64,000 nucleotides of DNA from Armatimonadota bacterium (GCA_038207085.1 JBBRAE010000004.1:107361-171360), one strand, 5' to 3'. Shown: positions 18,654 through 28,410, counted from the stretch's first letter. Notes: generated by a model not told the origin, from the letters alone. Program-made: numbers and translations.

Positions 18654-19754
18654 ATGGAGATGAAAACCGCACTCGTGCACGAGCGATTGAACGTGCTTGC
18701 CGGGTCCGAAAAGGTTCTTTTTGCGGTGCATGACATCTTCCCTGAGGCTCCGGTTTACACGGCGATTTCCGACTCAGCTCTCACAAACGCTCACCTGCCC
18801 GGAGTCGATATTCATACTTCGTTTTTGCAGAAGCTGCCGCTCGTCGCGAAACACCACCAGAAGTTTTTGCCGCTTTACATGCTCGCCTTCGAGCAGTTCG
18901 ACCTGACGGGCTACGACCTTGTGATCTCAAGCAGCCACTGTGCGGCCAAAGCCGTCATCACGCGTCCCTCGGCCTGCCACGTCTGCTACTGTCACTCACC
19001 GATGCGCTACGCCTGGGACATGCAGCACGCCTACACCAAGTATCAGGGCAGGCTGGTTCGTGGCGCGTGGGCGATGATGTCAAACTACGTGCGACTCTGG
19101 GACCTCGGTACAAGCTTCCGTGTCGACCGTTTCGTCGCCAACTCTGCACACGTCGCGAGGCGAATACGCAAGTACTATGGCAAGCCCGCCGAGGTGATCT
19201 ACCCGCCGGTCGACATCGATCGGTTTACGGTGTCAAGCAAGGTCGACGACTACTACGTTGTTCTTTCGCGTTTTGCGCCATACAAGCGGGTCGATATGGT
19301 GATCAAGGCGTTCAACAGGCTCGGCATCAGGCTCCTTGTGATCGGAAGCGGCGAGCAGGAGTCTGAGCTAAAGAAGCTTGCTGGCAAGAACATAGAGTTT
19401 CTGGGCCACGTCCCGGACGCTGGAGTAGCTCAATATCTCTCCCGCGCTCGGGGTTCAGTCATTGCAGCCGAGGAGGATTTCGGCATCACGACCGTTGAAG
19501 GCATCGCCGCGGGCCGTCCCGTCGTCGCTTACGGGGTGGGGGGGTCAGCTGAGATCATCACCGACGGTGAAAATGGCGTGCTTTTCCACGAGCCGACCGT
19601 CGAGAGCCTTGTCGAGGCCGTTGGTCGCTGTGAGTCGCTTTCCTGGAACCCGGAGGCGATCAAACGCACGAGCGAGCGATTCGGCGCCGATGTGTTCAGG
19701 CGCGAGATGAAGTGCTTCGTCGAGCGCGCAATAGATGAGCATCGAAGCCTGTAA
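18654..19754 (+). CDS. Glycosyltransferase family 4
   Basis: YCHSPMRYAWD, PYKRVD, EEDFGI motifs; GGAGG SD before ATG 18654. Confidence 0.92.
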   Translation: MEMKTALVHERLNVLAGSEKVLFAVHDIFPEAPVYTAISDSALTNAHLPGVDIHTSFLQKLPLVAKHHQKFLPLYMLAFEQFDLTGYDLVISSSHCAAKAVITRPSACHVCYCHSPMRYAWDMQHAYTKYQGRLVRGAWAMMSNYVRLWDLGTSFRVDRFVANSAHVARRIRKYYGKPAEVIYPPVDIDRFTVSSKVDDYYVVLSRFAPYKRVDMVIKAFNRLGIRLLVIGSGEQESELKKLAGKNIEFLGHVPDAGVAQYLSRARGSVIAAEEDFGITTVEGIAAGRPVVAYGVGGSAEIITDGENGVLFHEPTVESLVEAVGRCESLSWNPEAIKRTSERFGADVFRREMKCFVERAIDEHRSL

Positions 19755-19938
19755 TAGGCTTACGGATTATGTTTGGTCAAATCAATTAGAGGATAATACC
19801 TAGCAGACGCTTACCTTGTCATGATGTAAGCGGACCGCCATAGAGTCGGTTCGCATCTTACACATCAAGCAGGTCTTGAGGGTGTTGACGCGTAAAGTGA
19901 ATAGGCGCGGGTACCCTGCGGTAAAGTGGCATCGTTCA

Positions 19939-20019
19939 CTAACCCGCATTATTCACGAGTGGCGTGAATAATGCTCTGTTAGTGAAAGCTTTATTCGTGA
20001 AGCGAATAAAGCGGGCTAA
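19939..20019. mobile_element. 81-bp MITE (family D) with CTAA direct repeats, copy 1
   Basis: CTAA-CCCGCATTATTC...GAATAAAGCGGG-CTAA; same length as copies at 27221 and 39073. Confidence 0.85.
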
Positions 20020-20046
20020 TTGATAGTTCACCGGAGGAGACTAGCA

Positions 20047-20766
20047 ATGAAGGAACGGGAACGGTACGATCTTCTGAAGCGGTGGCTTGACGTTGTGGGG
20101 GCTGCCCTGTCGTTGGTCGTGACTACGCCGTTGTTGGTTTTGGCGGCAATCCTGATAAAAAAAGATGGTGGGCCTGTCTTGTTTAGACAGCAGAGGCTAG
20201 GGCGGAACGGAGTCGCGTTCACGCTCTTTAAGCTGCGTACTATGGTTCCTGACGCCCACCGCATGGAAACCGACATCAAACGCGAGCAGTCGAGCGATGG
20301 CAGTTACGGCGTGTGCGGTGAGTATTCGGACCCCCGCGTCACCCGCATCGGTTGTCTTTTGCGACTTTTGAATATCGATGAACTCCCTCAGCTGCTGAAC
20401 GTCATCTTGGGTGATATGAGCATGGTCGGCCCCCGCCCCGTGCCGTTACTGGAAAGCCTGCTCTACGGCCAGAGCCGCGAGGAGGTATACTCCGTGCGCC
20501 CAGGGATCACCGGCCACTGGCAGGTGAACCGTCGCATGTCCACCGGTTACGACGAGCGGGTAGGCATGGACCTGTTTTACGCCCGAAACAGGTCGCTTCT
20601 CTTCGACCTGAAGATATTCCTTCAGACACCGATCTCTATGCTCACAAGCGATTACAACAGCTGCACCAAGCCGCTCCCTCCGCTAGCCGAGGGGATAGTC
20701 GTCTCCGACAGAAACCTCGTCGCCGCCTCACGTGAGCGCCTCGAAGAGCCAGCGTCGCGCAACTGA
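20047..20766 (+). CDS. Priming sugar transferase (bacterial phosphoglycosyl transferase)
   Basis: LKRWLD, FKLRTM, DPRVT, DELPQLLNV..GDMSMVGPRP, PGITG.WQV motifs. Confidence 0.93.
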   Translation: MKERERYDLLKRWLDVVGAALSLVVTTPLLVLAAILIKKDGGPVLFRQQRLGRNGVAFTLFKLRTMVPDAHRMETDIKREQSSDGSYGVCGEYSDPRVTRIGCLLRLLNIDELPQLLNVILGDMSMVGPRPVPLLESLLYGQSREEVYSVRPGITGHWQVNRRMSTGYDERVGMDLFYARNRSLLFDLKIFLQTPISMLTSDYNSCTKPLPPLAEGIVVSDRNLVAASRERLEEPASRN

Positions 20767-21030
20767 TTGCATCTACCTCTCTGTTGGTCGAGGGAATCTG
20801 TCCCCCGACCTTGTTCCGCGGAGTCCGTCCGCCCGGACAACCAAGGATATCGGCACTGCTTTGTAGAATACTGATTCGTCGCTCCCGCTGATAGTAGCGG
20901 AAATACACTTTCCCGGCCCAACTACCAGTTTTGTTGTTGCCGCAACCTCATCTTCATGGCATAATAGCAGTAGTTTCACATCTGTGACACCGGCACACCT
21001 GAGTTTTTATGCTGTGCCTTGGAGGAGCCA

Positions 21031-22095
21031 ATGAAGGCACTTGTCTTAAGCGGAGGACGCGCCACCCGGCTGCGCCCGATCACCCATACCAGCGCAAAGC
21101 AGCTCGTTCCTGTGGCGAACAAGCCTATTCTCTTCTATGCTATCGAGGCGATTCGCGATGCGGGGATTACCGACATCGGGATCATCGTCGGGCATACCGC
21201 CGAAGAGGTTATGGCAGCCTGCGGGAACGGCGATCGCTGGGGGGTGAAAATTACCTACATCCCTCAGGACGCGCCGAAGGGTCTTGCACACGCGGTCAAG
21301 ATCGCTGAGCCGTTTATCGGGGATGATAAGTTCGTGATGTTCCTTGGAGACAACCTCATACGCGAAGGAGTCGCAGGGGTCGTCAAGCGGTTCGTCGAGG
21401 ACGGCGCAAACGCCCACATCATGCTCGCGCAGGTCAAAAACCCCCAGGACTTCGGCGTGGCCGAGCTTGACGGGGAACAGGTGCTGCGGCTGGTTGAGAA
21501 ACCCAAGGAGCCCAAGAGCGACCTTGCTCTCGTCGGTGTATATCTCTTCGACAAGAACATCTTTACGGCAGTCAACTCGATCAAGCCCTCGGCGCGTGGC
21601 GAGCTTGAGATCACCGATGCGATCCAGTATTTGATCGAGCATGGCTACAACGTCCGCTGGCACAAGATTACGGGCTGGTGGAAGGACACGGGCAAGCTTG
21701 AGGATATGCTCGAAGCCAATCGCCTTGTCCTTGAGACGATCGAGGCCAGAATCGACGGCGAGGTCGACGATTCTTCCGCGATTTATGGAAGAGTAGTAAT
21801 TGAAGAGGGCGCGAAGGTCACCAACAGCGTGATAAGGGGCCCTGCGATCATCGGCACGGGCTGCGAGATATCAAACGCCTATATCGGGCCGTTTACCGCA
21901 GTCTACAACCGCTGCAAGATCATCGGGAGCGAGGTCGAGCACAGCATTATCCTTGAGGACAGCTGCGTGCGCGACATCGGCGCGAGGATCGAGGACAGTC
22001 TGATCGGCAAGAACGTGATGGTCGCCAAAGACGACGGACGGCCTCGGGCTTATAGGCTTATGCTCGGGGACAACAGTGATGTGAGGGTTATATGA
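21031..22095 (+). CDS. rfbA: Glucose-1-phosphate thymidylyltransferase (long form)
   Basis: GGRATRLRPITHTSAKQL, RGELEITDA, WWKDTG motifs; C-terminal hexapeptide repeats. Confidence 0.92.
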   Translation: MKALVLSGGRATRLRPITHTSAKQLVPVANKPILFYAIEAIRDAGITDIGIIVGHTAEEVMAACGNGDRWGVKITYIPQDAPKGLAHAVKIAEPFIGDDKFVMFLGDNLIREGVAGVVKRFVEDGANAHIMLAQVKNPQDFGVAELDGEQVLRLVEKPKEPKSDLALVGVYLFDKNIFTAVNSIKPSARGELEITDAIQYLIEHGYNVRWHKITGWWKDTGKLEDMLEANRLVLETIEARIDGEVDDSSAIYGRVVIEEGAKVTNSVIRGPAIIGTGCEISNAYIGPFTAVYNRCKIIGSEVEHSIILEDSCVRDIGARIEDSLIGKNVMVAKDDGRPRAYRLMLGDNSDVRVI

Positions 22096-22547
22096 TCGAC
22101 GGTGTAGTAGTAAAGCAGTTGAAGCGCCACGCGGACGAGCGCGGCTACCTGATGGAGATGCTCCGGGAGGACGACGACGTTTTCGACCATTTTGGTCAGA
22201 CCTACGTTTCGATGAACTATCCCGAAGTGATCCGCGCCTGGCACTATCACAAGCTGCAGATCGACATTTGGGTGTGCATCAAGGGTATGATCAAAGTCGG
22301 CTTGTACGACGCCCGCGAGAACTCTCCCACCAAGGGTGAATCCCAGGTGGTCTGCATGGGCGACAACAACCCCGTGCTTCTCAAGATCCCGGTCGGGGTC
22401 TATCACGGGTATAAGACGGTCGGCGTCGAGCCGAGCTATCTCGTCAACTTCCCGACCCGGGCCTACAACCGAGCCGAGCCCGACGAGTACCGAGCGCCCT
22501 ACGACGACCCGAACATACCCTTTAATTGGGATATAGAGTTTACGTAG
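22092..22547 (+). CDS. rfbC: dTDP-4-dehydrorhamnose 3,5-epimerase family
   Basis: DERGYLME, RAWHYH, D.RENSPT, IP.GVYHG motifs. Confidence 0.88.
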   Translation: MIDGVVVKQLKRHADERGYLMEMLREDDDVFDHFGQTYVSMNYPEVIRAWHYHKLQIDIWVCIKGMIKVGLYDARENSPTKGESQVVCMGDNNPVLLKIPVGVYHGYKTVGVEPSYLVNFPTRAYNRAEPDEYRAPYDDPNIPFNWDIEFT

Positions 22548-22596
22548 CGACATTTTAGCTATTAGCTAATTGCTAACAGCTCCCACGGAGTGGTTC

Positions 22597-23601
22597 ATGC
22601 GAAAAATACTTGTCACCGGCGGAGCCGGGTTTATTGGAAGCAACTACGTCAGGATGGCCCTGAGTAAGTATCCCGACTATGAGATCGTGGTGCTTGACGC
22701 TATGACGTATGCGGGGAATATGGAAAACCTCGCCGACTGCATGGGCCCGCGTATGAAGTTCATCGAAGGCGACATCCGCGACCCCGAGGCCGTCGCTTTG
22801 GCAATGGCAGAGGTAGACGCCGTCGTCAACTTCGCGGCTGAGTCATTTGTCGACCGCTCCATTCTTGAGCCCGACTCGTTCATCACGACCGACGTTCTCG
22901 GCACGCATGTCCTCCTTGAGGCCGCGAAGAAGCGTGGCGTCGAGCGGTTTGTCCACATCTCGACCGACGAGGTTTACGGCGACGTTCCCATCGGCTGTTC
23001 CCCAGAGACCGCGCCGATCCTCCCGAACAGTCCGTACTCGGCAAGCAAGGCCGGCGGCGAACTACTCGCCCGAAGCTACTTCGTCACCTACGGACTTCCG
23101 GTGATGATCACCCGCGGGTCGAACACCTACGGGCCGTATCAGCACCCAGAGAAGCTGATCCCGCTATTCATATCGAACGCGATCGATGACAAACAGCTTC
23201 CGATGTATGGTGACGGCTCGCAGGTCCGCGACTGGCTGCACGTCTTGGATCACTGCTCCGGCGTCGACCTCGTCCTTCACAAGGGCGAGCCCGGCGAGGC
23301 CTACAACGTCGGCGGCGGCAACGAGCGCACCAACAAGCAGGTGACCGAGCTTATTCTGAAATACACGGGCAAAGGTGACAACCTGATCAAGCACGTGGCT
23401 GATCGTCCCGGACACGACCGCCGATACTGCATCGACACTACCAAGCTTCGAAGTTTGGGCTGGACGACCGGGCCTGAGTTCGAGGAAGGCTTGAAAGAGA
23501 CCGTCGAGTGGTATACGGCGCACGAGTCCTGGTGGCGCAAGCTGAAAGACCAGAAAGAATACAAACGGTTCTCGGAGGCGTGGTACGACAAGCGCAAATA
23601 G
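22597..23601 (+). CDS. rfbB: dTDP-glucose 4,6-dehydratase
   Basis: TGGAGFIGS, HISTDEVYG, PYSASK, DRPGHDRRY motifs. Confidence 0.95.
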   Translation: MRKILVTGGAGFIGSNYVRMALSKYPDYEIVVLDAMTYAGNMENLADCMGPRMKFIEGDIRDPEAVALAMAEVDAVVNFAAESFVDRSILEPDSFITTDVLGTHVLLEAAKKRGVERFVHISTDEVYGDVPIGCSPETAPILPNSPYSASKAGGELLARSYFVTYGLPVMITRGSNTYGPYQHPEKLIPLFISNAIDDKQLPMYGDGSQVRDWLHVLDHCSGVDLVLHKGEPGEAYNVGGGNERTNKQVTELILKYTGKGDNLIKHVADRPGHDRRYCIDTTKLRSLGWTTGPEFEEGLKETVEWYTAHESWWRKLKDQKEYKRFSEAWYDKRK

Positions 23602-23671
23602 GCCGACTGAACCTGGTAACATCGAAAACATCGGAGCGGGCGCGGCGGAGAGTCGCGACCCGCTCCTTGGC

Positions 23672-24469
23672 ATGTTTCTGTCCTTCGGCTACAGGATGCC
23701 GCTCGCAGACCGTGCCCGGCTCGTCCGCGCGGCGGGCTTCGACACGGCTATGGCATGGTGGGGGCCGGAGGACGAGCTCTTCCGCACGGGCAGGCGGGCG
23801 ATGATCCCCGAGGTCGTGCAGGGGGCCGGGCTTTTCCTCGAAAACGTGCACGTCCCGTTCGACACCTGCAACGACCTCTGGAGCGAAGACAAGTCAGTTC
23901 GTGAAGCGATCATCGGGCAGTACACGGAGTGGCTCGACGACTGCGCGCGCTTTGCGATACCGGCGATGGTGATCCATGTCACCAAAGGCCGCCCCTCTCC
24001 ACCGAACAGCTTCGGGATAGAGAGCGTGACACGAATTATCGAGGCTGCCGAGGAGCGCGGGGTAGTCGTTGCCGTCGAGAACACTCGAAGTATCGAGCAC
24101 CTGCGCCTTGTCTTCTCAGAGATCGACTCGCCGAGTCTCGGCTTTTGCTACGACTCTTCTCACGACCGACTACACAGCCCGGAGATGACGCTCCCGCTTC
24201 GTGAGTTCGGCGCGAGGCTTGTCGCGACGCACTTCTCCGATAACGACGGAAGCGTCGACCACCACTGGCTCCCAGGGGAGGGTGTAATCGACTGGGAGAC
24301 AGTCGCCGCTTCTTTTCCCGTAGACTATACGGGCTCTATCTGCCTTGAGGCGTTTTCTCGGCGCAAGACCGGGAGGCCCGGCGCGGAGGAATTTCTAGCC
24401 ACTGCGTATGAGAAGGCATTGTGGTTGAGTGAAAAACTTGTAAGGATTGGTCAGGATGAGGTTAGATAA
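23672..24469 (+). CDS. Sugar phosphate isomerase/epimerase (AP endonuclease 2 TIM barrel)
   Basis: VAVEN, CYDSSH, HFSDN, HWLPGEG.IDW motifs. Confidence 0.85.
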   Translation: MFLSFGYRMPLADRARLVRAAGFDTAMAWWGPEDELFRTGRRAMIPEVVQGAGLFLENVHVPFDTCNDLWSEDKSVREAIIGQYTEWLDDCARFAIPAMVIHVTKGRPSPPNSFGIESVTRIIEAAEERGVVVAVENTRSIEHLRLVFSEIDSPSLGFCYDSSHDRLHSPEMTLPLREFGARLVATHFSDNDGSVDHHWLPGEGVIDWETVAASFPVDYTGSICLEAFSRRKTGRPGAEEFLATAYEKALWLSEKLVRIGQDEVR

Positions 24470-25319
24470 TCAGACGGGACGGCTGGCGGTCGTTTCCAAG
24501 AACGTGGCGGCTCTGTTTGCCGAGCCGAGCTCCAAGTCGGAGGTCGTCACCCAGGGGATTTTAGGTCAGCCTGCGTGGATCGAAGGCGGCGAGGGCGATT
24601 TCTTCCACGTGCGCACCTGGGACGGCTATCGCGGCTGGGCCGACGCGCGACACGTCATCTCGCGCACTTACACCACCCCTTACGCGAGCGGGCGCGCTGT
24701 AGCGGTCGTCAAGCCACTCTTTTCTGACATCTACCCGGCTGACGACACCGCCTCTGAGATCATCACCAAGGCTGTAGTCTCGACTGAGCTTGAGGTGACC
24801 AAAACCTCGCTTGGCTGGGTGCGGGTTGCTCTCCCCGATGGCCGCGAGGGTTATATCCCAGACAGCGACGTTCGCCTGGTCGACCGCACAGCCTCCATCG
24901 TCATATTCCCGCCTTCGGGTGAAAAGCTCATCGCTACGGCTAGGTTATTCATCGGCGTGCCGTATCTTTGGGGTGGGACGACGCCATTTGGCATCGACTG
25001 CTCTGGGTTCGTGCAGCTTGTCTATCATATCAGAAACGTCACCCTTCCCCGCGACGCCTGGATGCAGGCCGAAGACGAGCGCGTATTCCCCGTGGAACGC
25101 GAAGACTTTCGATCGGGCGACATGATGTTCTTTGCAAGCGGCAAGGACACCTCAAAGATCACCCACGTAGGCCTTGCGATGGGCGACGGGCGGTTCATCC
25201 ACTCCAGCGGCGGCGCAGGCGTCGGCATCACCGACGTAGACGACCCATACTACACCAAAATCTACTGGGGCGCGCGCCGTATTCGCTTCGAAACTTGGGA
25301 GTCTGGCTACGGCATGTAG
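24456..25319 (+). CDS. SH3 + NlpC/P60 cysteine peptidase (YkfC-like, no signal peptide)
   Basis: PYLWGG...GIDCSGFVQ, THVG, FIHSS motifs; two N-terminal SH3b-like repeats. Confidence 0.9.
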   Translation: MRLDNQTGRLAVVSKNVAALFAEPSSKSEVVTQGILGQPAWIEGGEGDFFHVRTWDGYRGWADARHVISRTYTTPYASGRAVAVVKPLFSDIYPADDTASEIITKAVVSTELEVTKTSLGWVRVALPDGREGYIPDSDVRLVDRTASIVIFPPSGEKLIATARLFIGVPYLWGGTTPFGIDCSGFVQLVYHIRNVTLPRDAWMQAEDERVFPVEREDFRSGDMMFFASGKDTSKITHVGLAMGDGRFIHSSGGAGVGITDVDDPYYTKIYWGARRIRFETWESGYGM

Positions 25320-25328
25320 GCTTATTTT

Positions 25329-25357
25329 GGGAGAGGCGATCCCCCTATCGCCTCCCC
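25329..25357. terminator. Hairpin between convergent genes
   Basis: GAGGCGAT-CCCCCT-ATCGCCTC stem-loop. Confidence 0.55.
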
Positions 25358-25369
25358 GCTAGAGACAGT

Positions 25370-25966
25370 CTAATGCTGCAGCGCCCCTCTGAACTGTGTC
25401 GTAACTCCGCGCAGCTCGAAGCCGAGCACGATCATCGAGAAGCCGAAGACCATTGCATAGAAACCTATCAGCCAAACAAGCGCGAGCACCCCGGCGGCGG
25501 GGTAGGAGAGGAGCATGATCCCAAAGATCACGCTGATCACTCCGCTGATCCCCCAAAGCCACTTCGGACCCGCTTCGCTTGGCATCGAGAACGCGCTGAT
25601 CACGTGAAGAATCCCGACCACGATCGCCCAAACGGCGATAACCGTGAGGAGGGCAAGTGTAGTAGTGCCGGGCATGCTAAACGCAATGATTCCAGCCGCG
25701 ATTCCGGCAAGCCCGATCAATAGCAGCCACAGCCAGTGCTGCCTGCCTTCGGTCGTGGCAAACGCTGTGATGATCGCCAGAACACCGTCGGCCAGAGCGT
25801 ACACTCCAAAGAGTGTGAGCAGGATAATCAGACTGATACCTGGCCAGAAGATCGCCATCAGCCCGAACAATACAGCAACAATACCTCTAAGCACCAAGCC
25901 CCACCAGTTAAGCTTCCACCCCCGGGCGGGGTCACCGCGAGCGACATCCATATCCATCTGAGTCAC
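25370..25966 (-). CDS. HdeD/DUF308 family membrane protein
   Basis: WWGLVLRGIVAVLFG...WPG; six TM helices in duplicated units. Confidence 0.9.
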   Translation of the reverse strand: MTQMDMDVARGDPARGWKLNWWGLVLRGIVAVLFGLMAIFWPGISLIILLTLFGVYALADGVLAIITAFATTEGRQHWLWLLLIGLAGIAAGIIAFSMPGTTTLALLTVIAVWAIVVGILHVISAFSMPSEAGPKWLWGISGVISVIFGIMLLSYPAAGVLALVWLIGFYAMVFGFSMIVLGFELRGVTTQFRGALQH

Positions 25967-26038
25967 CTCATGACTTCAACGTCAGCGATTTCGCCGACCG
26001 TCCAGTAGTTTTATACCCGCCAGAACGCAAAGACAAAA

Positions 26039-27208
26039 TCAGGCTTTTTTCGTTACCGCTTCGACCGTCTTTCTCGCGAACCTCTCAGCGAATCGCTTCA
26101 CTCTGGTCTTGTCCCGGTAGGCCCCGAACGGTTCAGAGTGCTTGAGATCGGTCAGGACACCTCCTACCATATCCTCTGCTTTCTGTCGATCCATGCAGGT
26201 CTCTGCGAATGCGTGACAGTAGCCGCAGGACTTGCAGTCGCCCAGGCAGTGATTGGGGTCTTCATAGAACGGCGTAAGAAAGCCGTCGAGCTTGTGATTG
26301 TCCATAAATGGCCTGAATGTGTCGGCCAATCTGCGCTGGTCGAACAGTTCGAGCAGGTCGTAGAGGTTGCCGTCGAAGCTGCGGCTCATATAGGCGTCGA
26401 CCGTTCGCACGGGGTCGCCGAAAGCCACTGCCTGCCTTCCCTGGAGCTTAAATCTGCTCACTCCTGCGTTTTGGTAGAGATCCTGGTCCTCTGGGCGCGT
26501 CCAGTTGAGCTTGAGAATGTGGTCCCATTCCGAGGCTTTCTGCCCCCTGCATCTCGCAGTGAAGAAGAACCTGATGTCCTGCTCCCCAAACGAGTAGTGC
26601 GACTCGTGGTTGTAGTGGAACATCTTTATCGGGCAGTTCATATCACATGCGCTGTTTGCGATCATCTCGACCCCGTCGCCAAAGGCTTCACATATCTGTC
26701 TGATGCGCCTGAAGTCTCGGGTGATGTCCTCGTCTATCACGATTCGTTCCACGCCGAGGCGCTTGAAGTATTCGGCTTTGTAGGCTGAGTTGATCTGGCA
26801 GATCGTAGAAACTTTGATAGTGAAACCTAACCCCGATTCCCGCACGATCGCCATCATCTGCGGGAGACTGATCGTCAAATGCCGCACACCGATGCTCCAG
26901 AGCGTCGCAAGTTGCCGGTTGATCCGCGCGAGCCCTTCTCTGGTGAACTCGATGTTGCCGAGGCAGCTTGCGTTGAAGGTGTAGTTGAAGTCGATCCCTC
27001 TCTCCGCGCAGCAGGCGATATATTCCCCGAGCCCTTTAAGGCCGACTCCTGGAATCGACCTTGCGTTGCGCCCTGAGCTGAACGTCGAGTCGATCGACAC
27101 GCACCCGTAAGTCTCGCCGACCACCGCGTCGCTGTGTTTATGGTTTAGCTCGACGTACGCGTCGATAGTCTCGTTCTTGAAATCCGCCGGAACGCTGAAA
27201 ACTCTCAT
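26039..27208 (-). CDS. U32 family Fe-S protein, paralog 2
   Basis: FSVPADF, FNYTFNASCLGN, ANSACDMNCP, WTRPED, FKLQGR, C-terminal CxxxCxxCxxC. Confidence 0.85.
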   Translation of the reverse strand: MRVFSVPADFKNETIDAYVELNHKHSDAVVGETYGCVSIDSTFSSGRNARSIPGVGLKGLGEYIACCAERGIDFNYTFNASCLGNIEFTREGLARINRQLATLWSIGVRHLTISLPQMMAIVRESGLGFTIKVSTICQINSAYKAEYFKRLGVERIVIDEDITRDFRRIRQICEAFGDGVEMIANSACDMNCPIKMFHYNHESHYSFGEQDIRFFFTARCRGQKASEWDHILKLNWTRPEDQDLYQNAGVSRFKLQGRQAVAFGDPVRTVDAYMSRSFDGNLYDLLELFDQRRLADTFRPFMDNHKLDGFLTPFYEDPNHCLGDCKSCGYCHAFAETCMDRQKAEDMVGGVLTDLKHSEPFGAYRDKTRVKRFAERFARKTVEAVTKKA

Positions 27209-27220
27209 TCCCCCGTCTCC

Positions 27221-27301
27221 CTAGCCCGCTTTATTCGTGAAGCGAATAAAGCTCTCGCTAGCAAAGCATTATTCACGCTCCTCGTGAATAATGCAGGCTA
27301 G
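27221..27301. mobile_element. 81-bp MITE (family D) with CTAG direct repeats, copy 2
   Basis: CTAG-CCCGCTTTATTC...GAATAATGCAGG-CTAG; right CTAG holds the TAG stop of the upstream U32 gene. Confidence 0.85.
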
Positions 27302-28410
27302 TCGTCTGATTTTGTCTGCATGGTTTTGAACGGGTCGCGGGCCTCGTAGTACCCACGTACGCGTTCCAGCATCTCTTTTGACTTCTCCTTGCCGATTGCA
27401 CCCTCGGCGTAGGCCTCGCAGTGCCCGCACCTCTCGCAGTCGCTGGTGCAGTGGTTTGGGTTGTAGAAGAACGGCTCAAGGAAACCGTCGAGCGCTCGGT
27501 TGTCGATCACCGGCTGGTATGGGTCCTCAGTTCGCGAGTCGAACATGGAAAGCAATTGCCACAGGTCGCCGTCAAAATGCCCTGTCATGTATGCTTCGAG
27601 TGTGCGGGCGGGGTCGCGCCAGCTTATCCCCTGCCTGCCCTGGAGTTTGAACCGATGCACGCCGCAGGCTTCGTAGTAGCCGAGGTCCTCGGGACGAGTC
27701 CAGTTGATCCTGAGGGGGTTCGCCCAGTGGTCGGACTTCTGCATAGCGCAGCGCTGACCAAAGAAGTTCGGCAGGTCCTCTTTGACCGACGAGGCGTGCG
27801 ATTCCCTGTTGTAGTGGAACATCTTCAGTGGGCAGTCGCGCACGCACATGCTGTTTGCGATCATCTCGACCCCCTCACCAAAGGCTTCCGTGATCTGCCT
27901 GATGCGCCTGAAGTCTCGGGTGATGTCCTCGTCTATCACGATTCGGTCCACGCCGAGGCGCTTGAAGTACTCGGCTTTGTAGGCTGAGTTGATCTGGCAG
28001 ATCGTCGAAACTTTGATAGTGAACCCCAATCCTGAGTTCTGCGCGATGGTCATCATCTGCGGCAGGCTGATCGTGAGGTGTCGCACGCCGACCCCCCAGA
28101 GTGTCCCGAGCAGCTCGTTTATCTCCCCGAGCCCGCGCTCGGTGAACTCGGAGTTGCCGAGGCAGCTTGCGTTGAATGTATAGTTAAAATCGATCCCTCT
28201 GTCGCGGCAGTAGGAGATATACTCCCTGAGCCGCTCGATGTTCATAGGTGGGATAGACCTCGGAGGCCTTCCCGAGTAAGCCGGGAGCCCGACAGTCGCG
28301 TTGCCGTAGGTTTCCACGACGACGGACGAGTCTGTGTATCTCTTGTTCAACTCCGCATAGCGGTCGATAGTCTCGGTGCGAAAGTCCGCGGGGACGCTGA
28401 ATAGCTTCAT
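27298..28410 (-). CDS. U32 family Fe-S protein, paralog 1
   Basis: Same motifs as paralog 2 (ANSMCVRDCP; CTSDCERCGHC); GGAG SD. Confidence 0.85.
   Translation of the reverse strand: MKLFSVPADFRTETIDRYAELNKRYTDSSVVVETYGNATVGLPAYSGRPPRSIPPMNIERLREYISYCRDRGIDFNYTFNASCLGNSEFTERGLGEINELLGTLWGVGVRHLTISLPQMMTIAQNSGLGFTIKVSTICQINSAYKAEYFKRLGVDRIVIDEDITRDFRRIRQITEAFGEGVEMIANSMCVRDCPLKMFHYNRESHASSVKEDLPNFFGQRCAMQKSDHWANPLRINWTRPEDLGYYEACGVHRFKLQGRQGISWRDPARTLEAYMTGHFDGDLWQLLSMFDSRTEDPYQPVIDNRALDGFLEPFFYNPNHCTSDCERCGHCEAYAEGAIGKEKSKEMLERVRGYYEARDPFKTMQTKSDD

Noticed and set aside
19780..19935. Possible ops/JUMPstart element or riboswitch in the polysaccharide locus spacer
   Set aside because: No GGCGGTAG core or recognisable riboswitch consensus; only a generic imperfect hairpin
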